A program made the translations under genes and the position numbers. A DNA stretch of 64,000 bases from Phyllosticta citribraziliensis (taxonomy: Eukaryota): NCBI RefSeq assembly GCF_038025025.1, contig NW_027117341.1:1550001-1614000 (forward strand). The letters run 5' to 3'. Under the pieces are notes generated by a model. That model made no database searches, was not told the origin of the DNA, and saw nothing but the letters and a program-made list of their open reading frames with translations. This document shows, one piece after another, positions 37,708 through 50,625 of the stretch. The stretch's first letter is position 1. Every line of letters begins with the position of its first letter.

Positions 37708-38827
37708 TCAACCTACAATGACGCCCTTGTCGTCATCTGGAACCCACCTCAACGCCTCCTTCTCGCACCAGTTGTAGAATCGTTCGGCGACGCCGTAGCC
37801 GCCCTCGGCCGACAGCCTCATGGCCTGCTGCAGGCTCTTGCGCGGCGTCCACACGCGGCCCCACGGCACGACGAGGCAGCCGTTGTTGTGCAGGCCGACC
37901 TCGGGGCTCCAGCCGGCGAACAGCTCGGTGTAGCCGCCCAGCTTGGCCGGGTACAGCAGCCAGCGCACAAACAGCATCTCGAACCAGCTGGCATGGCGGG
38001 TCAGCTCCGTGGCCAGGTTGCCCGGATTCCAGGCGACGCTCACGATGGCGCCGCCTTCAGGGTTATTTGGGTCGGTCGAGGTCGTCGCGTGCCCGAAGCG
38101 GCGCGCGAATTCCGAGGCCAGCAGCAGGTTGCCGGCTTTGGATTGCCCGTAGTTGATGGCTTGCAGCGCGTGCTTGACGGGCCGGCCCTTGGAGTCGAAG
38201 GCCACGCCGAAGGCCGGCGCGCCGTCGATGCCCAGGCTGGCGCCCCAGGTGACGCGCACCGAGTTGGGCGGTGATGTGAGGGCCGTTTGGCGCAGCAGCG
38301 GGAGGAGCAGGTAGGAGAAGAGGAACGGTCCGATGCAGTTTGTGCCGAGCTGGAGCTCGTAGCCCTGTTGCGCTGCCTTAGCTTGCGTCCTTGCCCATGC
38401 TGCCAGAACATACCTCCTCCGTCACGCTGCCCTTGGGCGGCATCATGACGCCAGCATTATTCGTCAAAACATCCAGCCTAGCCTCGCGCTTGCAAAACGT
38501 ATCGACGCTCTTCTTGATCGTCGACAAGTCGGCCAAGTCGAGCTGCAGAAACTCGAGGCGGCCGTCGGACGTCGGGTGCGCGTCCTCAATGTGCGCAATG
38601 GCGACGGCGGCCTTTTGCTTGTTGCGCCCGGCAATGTAGACGGTGGCGTTGCGGCCGTACAGCAGCGTGGCCAGCTCCTGGCCGACGCCCGCGTAGCCGC
38701 CCGTCACGATGTGCACTTTGCCCGTCTGGTCGGGGAGGTCGGCTTCGGTGAAGGGGGGCGCGGGGATGGCGAAGGATTGCGTCCAGAAGTTGCGCGCGAT
38801 GTCGAGCCATTCGCCCGGGGACATCAT
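37708..38827 (-). CDS. Short-chain dehydrogenase/reductase (retinol-DH/WWOX-like), 2 exons
   Basis: GKVHIVTGGYAGVG, LDLADL, LTNNAGVM, YELQLGTNC, YGQSK (YxxxK) and NPGNLATEL. Intron ~38413-38365. Confidence 0.92.
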
Positions 38828-39429
38828 GGTGGCGGCGGTTGCGACAAGGAGCCGTGCGGTGAGGTGGGAGGGGATGTTTTAAGAAGGACAATTGAAGCCT
38901 GCTGCGTCAACTGAAGGGCGTCGTGAGGAATGTGCGTGTACTGCACTGGTGCCTTGCGGTTGGAAGTGCGGCAGTGACGCCATGCCGCTTCTGGGAAAAA
39001 AGAGCTGGGACCCTTGCTGGGCACTCATCCGTGCGCTGCTATTTGGCCTGCTGGCTGGCACCTTGTTGACTTGCAGCGGGGCGAATACATTCTCGAATCA
39101 TTGAAAGCAAAATCATGGTGTTGAGAGGGCTGTAGCCTGTCCCCCAGTGTCAGCCAATGGCTCCAGGCGCCCAGACTGAACGAAGGCTGGGTCGTCGAGT
39201 CGAGTCTGTTAACGTCTCACATGTAAATGTGAGCTCACACGAGTCCCTGGCCCATGCTTCCTTCCCGGCTCTGACCGCCTACAGGTACCAGGGATTATCC
39301 GGAAAAACGCTGCCTCCGACGACCGCGGGGCGCTAAGAAATATGCCGCGCAGTTGAGAGAGACTGCATGCTCACCAAAGCCACTCCCCAAGTGCTTTCAC
39401 GCCTCCCCTTTTCAATTCGCACTATTGTC

Positions 39430-42275
39430 ATGGCTCGAGGTCGCGGAGGTCGAGGTGTAAGTTTTCCGCCCTCAATTCTCGCCCTCGAATGCTAACAGGC
39501 TCAGGGCGGACGTGGCAGAGGTCGCGGCGGTGGCCGCGGTGGCCGCGGAGGAGGATGGTCAAATGGTGGTCGCTCCGACTGGAAGGACATTGAGAAGAAG
39601 AACGAGCTGTTCGAGAAATACTACAACGAGCTCAACATTGTCCCCGAGGAGGAGCACGAGGCCTTTTGGTCCGCGCTCAAGAAGGAATTGCCCAACAGCT
39701 TCCGCTTCACTGGATCTAAAGGGTGAGTTGGGCCGTCTGGCTCGAACAAAATTGCCCGCCCGCTAACAGATGCAGTCACGCTCTCGCCGTTCAGAAGCGC
39801 CTGATCGAGCACTACATTCCTGAAATCACGGACGTCACTTTCGAAGGCAAGCCTGTGCCGCCTCCCACCCAGATCGAATGGTTCCCCGAGAAGCTCGCAT
39901 GGCAGATGACGACGCCCAAAAACGTCATTCGCAAGTTCCCGCCGTTCGCATCTTTCCAAAAATTCCTCGTCTCCGAGACCACCGTCGGCAACATTAGCAG
40001 GCAGGAGATTGTGAGCATGATTCCGCCGCTGGTCATGGACATTAAGCCATGGATGACGGTTCTGGATCTCTGCGCGGCCCCGGGAAGCAAGTCGGCTCAG
40101 CTGGCCGAGGCCATCCACCTGGGCGAGGAGGTGCGCGTCCGCAACGCGCTGCGCAAGCTCGCTCCGGAACTGAAGCGCCAGCTCAGCCCTGACGGCGCCG
40201 AGGAGGAGGCCGAAAAGGATCTGGTCGACGATGGCGACGACTCGGACTATGGCAGGTCGACTGGATTGCTGATTGCCAACGATGTGGACAACAAGCGCGC
40301 CCACATGTTGGTCCACCAGGTCAAGCGCCTCAACTCGCCCAACCTCATCGTCACGAACCACGACGCGACCCTGTTCCCCTCCATCAGGATTCCTTCGCCC
40401 GCTGGCCAGCCTGCCAAGTATCTCAAATTTGACCGCATTCTGGCCGACGTTCCCTGCTCCGGCGATGGCACTGCTCGCAAGAACTTCAACGTCTGGAAAG
40501 ACTGGACTGCCGGCAATGGACTTGGTCTTTACATTACCCAACAACGCATCCTCGTCCGCGCGCTGCAACTCCTTAAGGTCGGCGGTCGTGTCGTCTACTC
40601 GACCTGCAGCATGAACCCCATTGAGAACGAGGCCGTCGTTGCCAGCGCTATTGACCGCTGCGGCGGCATGGCAAAGGTCGACATTATCGATTGCAGCAAT
40701 GAGCTCCCAGGTCTCAAGCGCGTGCCGGGTCTGAAGTCGTGGAAGATTATGGACAAGAGTGGTCGCATGTGGAACTCGTGGGAGGAAGTCGAGACGCAGA
40801 AGAAAGAGCCGGGAGAGGAGGGTCTCAGCAAGCTCGTCGAGGGCATGTTCCCGCCTCCGACGCCCGAGAACGAGGCCGAGCGCATGCCTCTCGAGAGGTG
40901 CATTCGCGTATACCCGCACCTGCAAGACACGGGTGGCTTCTTCATCACGGTCCTCGAGAAGAAGTCTGAGATTCGCGCGCGTCCCGAAGGCGCTAGCGTG
41001 CCTGGTGGCAGTAAGACGGCTCCCCCGGCTCCCATCACCAACGTCGTCAACGAGATCAACGAGAAGACGGAGAATGGCGAGCCCCTGGAAGGTATCAAGG
41101 CGGCGGATGAACTGCAAAACGCCAATGGAGATGCTCCCGCGGCCGAGGCTAGCGAGCAAACACCCGCTGAACCTTCCGATGCTCCTGCTGCTGCCAAGCG
41201 CACTCTGGACGAGGCGGAGGTCGAGGACTCGGCGGCGAAGAGAGTCAAGGTCGATGAGAGCTTCGCAAGGCCGGCCAGACGGGAAAGGGGCCAAAATCAC
41301 GAGGAGCCGTTCAAGTACCTCTCGCCCGATCACGAGGCATTGGAGAGCTGCTTCAAGTTTTACGAAATCTCCGAGCGCTTCCCTCGCGACCGCTTCATGG
41401 TCCGCAACGCATCGGGCGACCCTGCCAAGGCAATTTACTACACGTCGGCTCTGGCCAAGGACATTCTCACCATGAACGAGGGCAAGGGCATGAAGTTTGT
41501 GCACTGCGGAGTCAAGATGTTCATGAAGCAAGACGCCCAAGGCCAAGACATTTGCCGGTGGCGCATCCAGTCGGAAGGTCTGCCCATCATCGAGCACTGG
41601 GTGGGCGAGGGCAGGACGGTCAGGCTCTACAAGAAGACGACGCTGCACAAGCTGCTCAAGGAGATGTTCCCCAGAGTGGCGCAGGATGGCTGGAAGGAGC
41701 TCGGCGAGATTGGCGAGAGGGCAAGAGACATTCCCATGGGATGCTGCGTGCTGAGGGTGGAGCCGAGTGACGACGAGGACGGCTTCAAGGAGCGCCTCGT
41801 GCTTCCTCTCTGGAGGAGCATCTCGTCGCTCAACCTCATGCTTCCGAAGGAAGAGCGCAAGGCCATGCTCCTGCGCCTGTACAACGACAGCTCCGAGCTC
41901 GTCGACAACTCGCTGCGCAACAAGCAGCAGCAGCAGGAAAACGGCACCAGCACGCCCGCCCAGGATTCAGCAACAGTCGTCGCTGAAGCCGACGCCGACG
42001 CCAAAGCCGAAGCCACGGCCGCCGAAGAAGCCGCACAGGAGCCTGAAACCATCCAGGAAGAAGACGGCGGCGTGTCGCTCAACACGGCCATGGACGTCGA
42101 CGTCGAAGAGGCGACGACGGGCATCGGCCAGAAGGGCGTCGGCCCCGAGATCGAGGCCGTCGCGGCCGACAACCAGCTCGAAGCCAGCAGACAGCACGAG
42201 GCCGACACGACGAAGACGACGGCCGAGGGAGAGAAGGTCAGAGAGGAGGACGACGTCGTCAACACGACTGTGTAG
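39430..42275 (+). CDS. NCL1: tRNA (cytosine-C5)-methyltransferase Ncl1/Trm4 (NSUN2 family), 3 exons
   Basis: RGG-rich N-terminus, LPNSFRFTG, RQEIVSMIPP, LDLCAAPGSK, FDRILADVPCSGDGT, VYSTCSMNPIENEAVV and HLQDTGGFF. Confidence 0.96.
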
Positions 42276-43309
42276 ATGGTTGGATGCTTCTTCTGCTCTC
42301 CCAAGTAAGGAGCGGGCTAAAAAGTTGGGTGGCACATTTGGGCTGGCGTTTTTTGCATTTTGGAATCTTACTTTTTCTGCCTCTTTTCCCTCTCGTCTCT
42401 TGATATCGACGGCGGTGTTTTCTTTGCCGCGGCGATGCAGTCTTTGACCCACCGCTGCTGCTGCTGCAGGTACATACACCAAAATGCCGCACTCTACCAG
42501 CAGACCGTGGATTCAACCTATTCAGCTTGGCTAGAGAATCACAGTTCGAAATGCCAACCGGACTTGCGATATTCTGCACCCGTCTCTGGTTACTCTTTCG
42601 TTCCTTGGTGGACCAGACCGAACTCAGCTGTCTCGTTTGGTTGGTTCCCTTTTCTCGTCGTTTGACTGCCGTAGTCAAACAGGTTTTCGAGCTACTTAGT
42701 CCCTATGCTATTCCGCTCGCCCGTCTCCGTAGCCTCGAACTGACATCACATCAGGCACTTTACTCGCCCTACTGCATCTCTGTCCCAACTCTCCCAACAA
42801 GCACGAGAACTCGACTTTACTCATACCTACACCAGCGCACTGTACAACACAGACACCCAGGCCCTTCACCCCTCCCTACCATCCGCTTCACCAGCACAAG
42901 ACATGAATGAGGCACCTACATATCTTGCCCCACCCCACTCTACTCTACGTCGTCGATCGTACCTAGTCGGGAGGTCAGTCAGGGCCATCCTTGCCAGCGC
43001 GCCCAACTCAAACACCCACCGCCCCCGCTTCGTTCGTTTGTGCGCGCGGCGCGTGCGTGCTGTGCGGTACGACGCCAGGCCGCCGCCGCGCCTACCCCCC
43101 GCTGCATGCCTGCTCGCTTGGTTGGTTGCAATTGAGCGGCGTAAAAGACGGATCTCATCTCCTGCGTGGTTCTCACACGAATGCTTTCTATGCGCAATCA
43201 TACTGCGAGGAAGCAGCGCCGCAGCGACACTGCACTGCGTGTGTCGCACCCCCGAATCGCGAATGCTTGGGTGGTGCGGGGCGGGGCCGGCCAAGCACGC
43301 GTGCCGCAT

Positions 43310-43328
43310 GGGGGGGGGGGGGGGGGGG
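43310..43328. repeat. G19 homopolymer
   Basis: Uninterrupted G run. Confidence 0.9.
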
Positions 43329-43664
43329 AGGAGGTGGTGGTGCTGGTGGTGCGGGGGTCAAACTTCAGACGTCGCCCGAGCAAGCTCTCAGCGCAACTTT
43401 AAACCCAGCCTGGCTCGCTCGCTCGTCTACCTTGGCTTGTCCCGCAGCCAAGCAAGGCACAGGTGGGGTGGATGGGTGGCAGCGGCGGCAAGTACCGCGT
43501 CCCATCCACGCAGCCCAGCAGATGCTGGGCGAGGGAGGGAGGGAGGAGAGAGCTGCGCCGGTGAGGACTGGCTTTGGTTCAAGGAAAAAGGGAGCTGTGC
43601 AGAGCAGAGCTGCAGTTCTCAGCAAAGGACTGAGCCGAAGCTTCTCCTCCCTGGTCAAGCAGCG

Positions 43665-43691
43665 CAGCAGCAGCAGCAGCAGCAGCAGCAG
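43665..43691. repeat. (CAG)n microsatellite
   Basis: About nine tandem CAG units, intergenic. Confidence 0.85.
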
Positions 43692-43875
43692 CGCGGGCTC
43701 CCGGAGAGGCGGAGAGGCGGAGATGCTGCTGCCGTCTGTCAACCAACTGAATAAAAATGAGGGGTCAAGGTACGTCAGTCAGTCACAGTAGTCGGCAGCA
43801 CGACCCGAACGGCGCACGCACATCTCCACCGCACCGCCCAGCGCCAGGAACAAGCTACATGTACCCGGGCTGCCG

Positions 43876-43878
<3 letters not shown>

Positions 43879-43906
<28 letters not shown>
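43879..43906. repeat. G28 homopolymer
   Basis: Uninterrupted G run. Confidence 0.9.
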
Positions 43907-45611
43907 CTGTCTTGCCGTCGGGCCAGAGCTATTTCTTGGGCGAAAGTCCAGCATTGCCGCCGCGCGGATTTCGAAGTGTGCGTTGCTTGAGGTGGAGTGC
44001 TTCCTCTGTCGCAAATATCGTCCTTCTTCTGGTTCGTCATTCCTATCAACCTGTCGATCGATCTACCCCACCGTCTGTCTACCTAGTCTGGTCTCTGCTG
44101 TCGCGGGAAACCATTCGATCGCCAGCGCTGCCTGCTCGATCATCGCTGCTGCGGTACCACTTCCGGCCACGCACAGCGCCAGATAGGAGGACAGCGAGTG
44201 CAGCGACGACCGACCGCGTTTGCGCTGCTGCAGCCCAGCCCAGGCCGAACGCTTCTCGTCATTCGCCTACTTACCTCATTCGACATCTCCTGCGAGGTGG
44301 GAGGACTTTCCCATTTATCTCCGGTCTGCAATCCCAGAGATTGATAAACAGTTTAACCGACGAGTGTTTGAGCTGGTACATATCACCACCGGCGGAGAGA
44401 AGAGAAGAGGGGAGAAGGGATCCGCGTGCGCACACGCATACGCACACGCGCAGTGAGTGGAGACAGTAGGCAGGCAGGCAGGCAGGCAGTGACAGATCGA
44501 CAGCGCCGTGCAGGAGAGACGACATATGTACATCCATACGCGCGTTGCGACAGGGACTCGAGTACAGCAGGAAGAGTGGGATAAGCAGTAGGGCACTCAC
44601 CGATAAAAACTACAGCAACAACAACTAGAAGGGAAGGGAAGGGAAAGGAATGGAAGTGCAGAAGTAAAACGCCTGGAAGATCCAACACAACACGACAACC
44701 ATCGACACCACCGACATCGACCGCGCGCTATCCGCCCTCGCCGCGTCATCCGGCGGCGCAGACGCAGAAGAAGAGACAGTCGAGTCGGCGTACGACGGCT
44801 GTCTGCACCTGTCTTTTGCTGCAGCGACGCCATCGCCAGCACCGTCGCCTCGTTCTCCGTCGTCTGCTCGTGCAACGCAAGCAGTTGCGAAAGCCAGTGT
44901 CGGCGCGCAGGAAGCGGCAGCGGCGCCGCGGCGGAAGGATAGCGTGATACAGCGGCCTTGTGAGCGCGACGCAAACGAAGAGGGGCAGGAAGAGGGAAGG
45001 GAAGACGGAGAAGCAGAGTACGACCCGTTCAACTATAACCGGCGGTTCGACGTGGGCGGCGAGGGAAAAGGGAGCATAAACGAAAGAGGAACAGGACAAG
45101 AATCAGAAGCGGAAGCAGAAAGGAGAAAAGAGCGCAGCAGCAGCGTTAGCGACGCAGACGCCGACGCCGACGCCGACCTGCTCGAGACGAACGGCTACCA
45201 GCGCTGCAGAGAGCGGCTGGCCGTCGTGTTTGGCGCTCCGCATCGTCTGAGCACCACCAACAACAAAGAGACGAGAAACGACGAGGTTGCTGTCGGACGC
45301 AGCGACAACAGCGCAGAGGACCCCTCTGAACTCTTGGAAGAAGACCCAGACGCAGAAGTGAGAGACGCAGATAAGATCAACGACGAGGGCAACCGTAACA
45401 GCCAATCTTTCCTCTTCGACGCCACACCCACGCCGCAGTCACTGACGCCAGCCGGCGTAGGCGCGCGGAGCACGCGGATCGGGACGCCGTTGGCGCGGTT
45501 TGCTTCGCCTGGTCCTTTTTGTGCTGCGGATAGCAGAGGAAAAGAAGAAGACGACGACGGGACGAACCACGATCCAGGAGAACCTACAGAGTTAAACGTA
45601 CCAAACCCTTC

Positions 45612-45612
<1 letters not shown>

Positions 45613-45651
<39 letters not shown>
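45613..45651. repeat. (CAA)13 microsatellite
   Basis: Perfect CAA run ending just before the ATG at 45658. Confidence 0.92.
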
Positions 45652-45657
45652 AGCAAA

Positions 45658-47320
45658 ATGGCCGACGCAACCACATCCCCCACTCCCTCGATCCCCATCC
45701 CCGCGCCCTCGCGCACCCCTCCCCCTCCCCCTGTCCCCAAAAAATCTCTCACAGCTTCCCTCACCGACCGCGCCCTCGCCATCCTCCACGCCAGCGCCAC
45801 CGCGCCCCTCAACATCCTGCGCCTGGTCCGGCTCCTCCTAACCACGCTGCTGCACTCGCCCAGCCTGACGGGCGTGCTGCTGCTACTGCTGACGCGCGGA
45901 CCGGAGCAGTTGCGGGCGCGCCTGCGCGGCGGGATCGGCTTCGTGGTGCTGCGGGGGCGCGTCGTGCGGTCCGGCGGAGGAGGAGCGGCGAGGGCGGCGG
46001 AGGTGCAGGACAAGGGCGTCAGGGGCGTCGTGGGGGGTTTGGCGGCGCTGTTTGTCCTCGGCGTCGTCAGGCAGGCGAATGAGGCGGCGAATGCGTGGGC
46101 GCTGCGGGGGCGAGCGCCGCTGCGGCTGTTTTGGCGACGAAAGGGAGCGGGAGAAGATGGAGGCGAAGGAGGGGGGGCGGGCGTGTGGGATTTTGGCGTC
46201 GAGGAGCGGGGGAGGGGGAGGGGGTGGTTTGGTGGGGTTGGTGCCCGAGTCAAGGGGGCGAAGGGGGAGGAGAAGACGGGTGCGGATGCGCAGGTGGGGG
46301 GTGGTGAGGAGCAGTCGGTGGCGGCGTCAGGGGGCGAGATTGTCGTCGTTACGGGCGGGTGTTCGGGGATTGGCGCCGAGATTGTGAGGGGGTTGCTTGA
46401 GGGGGCGGGGAGGGGGAAGGTGACGATTGTCGTTGTTGATGTGCAGGTGTTGCCTGAGGAGTTTGAAGAGCGTGAGTACCCTAGCTACCTTTCGTTCCGA
46501 CATGGTTCCGGCGTCTAACACGCACAGGCGACGAAATCGTCTTCTACTTCTGCGACCTAGCCTCGTCAGCATCCATCCACGAAGCGTGCGCCGCGATCCG
46601 CAGCGAAGTGGGCGACCCGTCGGTGCTGATCAACAACGCGGGCATCGCGCGGTCGTGCGACCTGCTCGCCGACGACGACGCGTACAACGACCGGCTGTTC
46701 CGGGTCAACGTGCTGGCGCTGTTCACGCTGGTCCGCGAGTTCGTGCCGGGCATGCTGGCGGCGAGGAAGGGGCACGTCGTCACGATTGCGAGCACGGCCA
46801 GCTTCGTGACGCCGCCGGGCATGGTGGATTACTGCGCGAGCAAGGCGGCGGCGCTGTCGCTGCACGAAGGTGCGTATTCTTTTATATCTTCTCGTGGTGG
46901 TGTTTGCTGATGCGACGCTGAGCAGGGCTGTCGACGGAGCTGCGCACGCGGTACGCGGCGAGGGGAGGGCGGCACATTCTGACGACGGTGATGCATCCCG
47001 GGTGGGTGGGCACGACGCTGGTCAACGGGTGGAAGTCGTCGCTGGTATGCACGGGGCAGACGCTGATATCGCCGCGGGTCGTGGCCGACAGGGTCGTGGC
47101 CAACGTGCTCGAGGCGCGGCCGGGGCAGCTGTTTGAGCCGGAGAAGGCGTGGACGCTCACTGCGCTGCGGGCGGCGCCGCATTGGCTGCAGGATGCGTAT
47201 CGCGACGGCATAGGCAAGCAGACGGTTGTGGTTGCGCCGACAACCAAGGGCAAGGAGAAGGAGAGGGAGAGGGAGAGGCAGAGGGAGGGAGAGAAGGGGT
47301 ACGAGATGCTGGAGAGTTAA
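45658..47320 (+). CDS. Short-chain dehydrogenase/reductase (17-beta-HSD11/RDH10-like) with N-terminal hydrophobic region, 3 exons
   Basis: IVVVTGGCSGIG, CDL, LINNAGIA, GHVVTIASTAS, YCASK and HPGWVGT. Introns 46472-46527 and 46870-46925. Start uncertain. Confidence 0.8.
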
Positions 47321-48038
47321 TACGGTACATGTGGAGGATCAGCAGAGTTTCGGGGTCGTGCGGCGACGCGGGTGGAGCAGCGGATTGCGGGTCCTGAATG
47401 ATGCGGTGGGCATGACATCTGGATTTCTTTTGCCTTTGGTGGTTTTTCCCGTTGTCAAATTGCAGATGATGGTTGCCGTGGGCACTGGCTAGACCTGGAC
47501 CCTCCTTAGACCCTTCTGCAGTGGCCAGGGACTCCCCCGCGCCGCTGGCAGACAAGCCTCGGCCGCAAAAGCTTGGGAAAGGCTTGTCTGACGACCAGTG
47601 CAAGACCAACACCAGGGCACTGTCACAAAGCCATCAAGTGTCATGCCCATCGCCAGCCAGCGTCGTCAGCTTTGCCATTCGGTTGCTTCCACCATGTCAG
47701 CACCCGTAGCGCGCCATGCCATGCCATGCCATTCCGTCGCCGCAATCAAATCCCTCCAAGCCCTCCCTCTCCGGCCCTGTCCTGTCCTGTCCTGTCCTGT
47801 ACTGGACTCGTACTGCGCTGCGCTGCTTGACCCTTCCTTCGTCATCGCCTGCCTCGTGCTATTTTCAGCCTCTGCTGCCTGTACCCCATTCTCCCTCTCC
47901 TGCGACCCTCTCTTTTCTTCTTTGTCTCCAACCAACCATTTCATCCTCCATCGCATCCGCTGCCAACTCACTCGCTCGCTCGCTCGCTCGCTTCCTCTCT
48001 CATGATCACGACACCCTGAATGCCCTAATTCCACCACC

Positions 48039-49734
48039 ATGCGCCTCCTCGCTCCGCATGCGCCGCGCCGGCGACGCTCCTCCTCGCCCATCCTCTCGCT
48101 CTCGCTCACCCTCTGCTCCGTACTGCTGTTGACGCCAACTGCCGCCCTCGACTTGAACCTCGACGATGCAGGTGCGTCGCTACCGCCCTGCTCTGTTTTG
48201 ATGCTGTTTGCGCGTCCTTTTCTGTTGAAACCGTTCGCTCGTCGTGCGACTGTCGACTAACTCGCCTTGGTGTTTTGCCTCAGACAGCATCAAGCAGGCA
48301 GCCAGCACCGTCGCCCAAGGCCTCGTCTCGTACTACCATGGCAATGAGACGGGCCAGATTCCAGGCCTACTACCAGGTCCCTACTACTGGTGGGAAGCAG
48401 GGGCAATGTTCATGACGGTAGGCTGAAGAATCGACCGACTAAACTCAACTGACACCTGCCAGCTCGTCGAGTACTGGTACTACACGGGCGACACATCATA
48501 CAACGACATTACAACGCAAGCGCTGCTGTTCCAGACGGGCCCTGATGCCGACTACATGCCCGCAAATCAAACAAAATCAGAGGTACCCCTGGCGACGACC
48601 ACCCCCCTTGCACCCCCTCTCTAACTCTTGGCGCAGGGAAACGATGACCAAGTCTTTTGGGCCTTTGCCTGCCTCTCGGCCGCCGAACTCGGCTTTCCCA
48701 ACCCGCCGCCCTCGTCGCCGCAATGGCTCGCTCTCGCGCAAGCAGTCTTCAACACTCAAGTGACGCGTTGGGACTCCAATACATGCGGCGGCGGTCTGCG
48801 CTGGCAAATCTTTACCTTCAACAATGGCTACGACTACAAAAACACAATTTCTAACGGCGGTTTCTTCCAGCTGGCCGCGCGGCTGGCGCGCTACACTGGC
48901 AACGCCACGTACGGGGAGTGGGCGGAAAAGATGTGGGACTGGATGGTCGACTCGCCGTTGATGATGGCGGCCAACGGACCCGCGAAAGATGGTACGGCTG
49001 ACGTACCTGCAACTTACAACATTTACGATGGCACGTCGACGGCAGGCAACTGCAGCGAGGCCGATCATCTACAGTGGACATACAATTACGGCACGCTGAT
49101 CGCCGGCTCCGCCTACATGTACAACTTTTCCAACGCCACCGACCAGCAGGCGATCTGGGGCGCGCGCCTCTCCGCACTGCTGTCCGGCGCCGACGTCTTC
49201 TTCCCCTCAGATTTCGGCAGCAACATCATGAGCGAAGTCTCTTGCGAGCCCGGACAGACGTGCAACAACGACCAGCCATCCTTCAAAGCATACCTCTCGC
49301 GCTGGATGGCCGTCGCCGCACAACTCGCCCCTTCAACCGCCGCAGCCATCGCGCCGCGCCTGCGCACCTCGGCCCAGGGCGCCGCGAAGCAGTGCTCGGG
49401 CGGCGCAAACATCTGCGGCCGCCGCTGGTACCAGGACACGTACGACGGCATGACGGGCGTCGGCGAGCAGATGAGCGCGCTGTCGGTCATCGGCTCGCAA
49501 ATGCTGCATCTCAACAGCGCCGCGGGCGCGTGGACGCCGCCCAAGCCGCCGCTCACGGCGTACACGGGCGGCAACAGCACGGGCAATGCGAGTGCGGGGA
49601 CGGGCGATGGCGGCGCGACGGGCTTGGGGCTGGGCAGGCATACTATCACCACGGGCGACAAGGCGGCGGCGTGGCTTTTGACGCTTTTCGTTGCGTGTGG
49701 CATGGTCGGCATTGGCGTTTTTATGCTCAAGTGA
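48039..49734 (+). CDS. DCW1: GPI-anchored GH76 alpha-1,6-mannanase (Dcw1/Dfg5), multi-exon
   Basis: Signal peptide, [15 protein letters not shown] catalytic motif, [41 protein letters not shown] and C-terminal [10 protein letters not shown] hydrophobic GPI signal. Confidence 0.94.
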
Positions 49735-49861
49735 GGGGGATAAGGAGTGGTGAGCTGGAGGTAGAAGTAAAAGATGACGTTTGGAATGAGACTAGGAGAA
49801 GTTGGGATGGATGACACGATAGCAGCATGACGGGTTTTGGTGTCGGGTGCATCATTGAGGT

Positions 49862-49894
<33 letters not shown>
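49862..49894. repeat. (GCTG)n tetranucleotide repeat
   Basis: About eight tandem GCTG units downstream of the GH76 gene. Confidence 0.85.
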
Positions 49895-50625
49895 TTGGAT
49901 GGAAGTGGTTGGGGGGGATTGGCGTCGATACTTTTCATGTAGTTTCTTCCACCTTACCTTGGTTCTTTTCCTTCACTTTTGACGTCGGTGTCTTCTCTTT
50001 TTGCTCTTTTGGTTTCTTGTGTGGAGGCATGTATCTGTGGGAGTGAGGTCTGGTGGTTGGGTTGGGCATGGCACCTTCCTTCTTTCTTTCCTTCCTCCTC
50101 GCGCCTCTCAGCCGACCTCTTTGAGTCGACGTGGACAGGGCTACTGGACGCAGGAGCGGAAGGCGCGTTGATTCCGACTCCCTCGCACAGCGAGCACACT
50201 GGCTGCTTGCCAAAACACTCCACTCCGCTCCTCCTCGCCCTCAACTAACTCTTCAACTCTTCGACCTCTCACCCTCTCACCAAAGGGCAGAGCTTTGGTG
50301 ACAAGGGCTAAACTGCGCGCGATTGAAGGTGAGAGAGTAGGTGGGAGCATTCAGGATTTCTTGTCGCTGACATCTTCTTCCTCACTCCAGTATCGGATCA
50401 TCTGCCAACAACACCTCGACAACCTCTTGACAACCTCTCGACAACTGCAAGCTTTCACCGAAGGATCGAGCTTTGGCGACAAGGGCTCAGCCGTACATAA
50501 CTGAAGGTGAGATAATACGTGTGGAGCATTCGTGCATTTGGACAGGCAACTGACAGGAAGCATTCAGGCTACCTTGAAAGTGCTACTCGGGAGCATTCCA
50601 GACCCATCCGCACAAAGCACGAACG

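Noticed and set aside
39621..41648. 675-aa antisense ORF over NCL1 (and similar long ORFs opposite the esterase, SNG1, thiolase and subtilisin genes)
   Set aside because: Shadow ORFs expected from high GC3 codon bias, with no recognisable domains.
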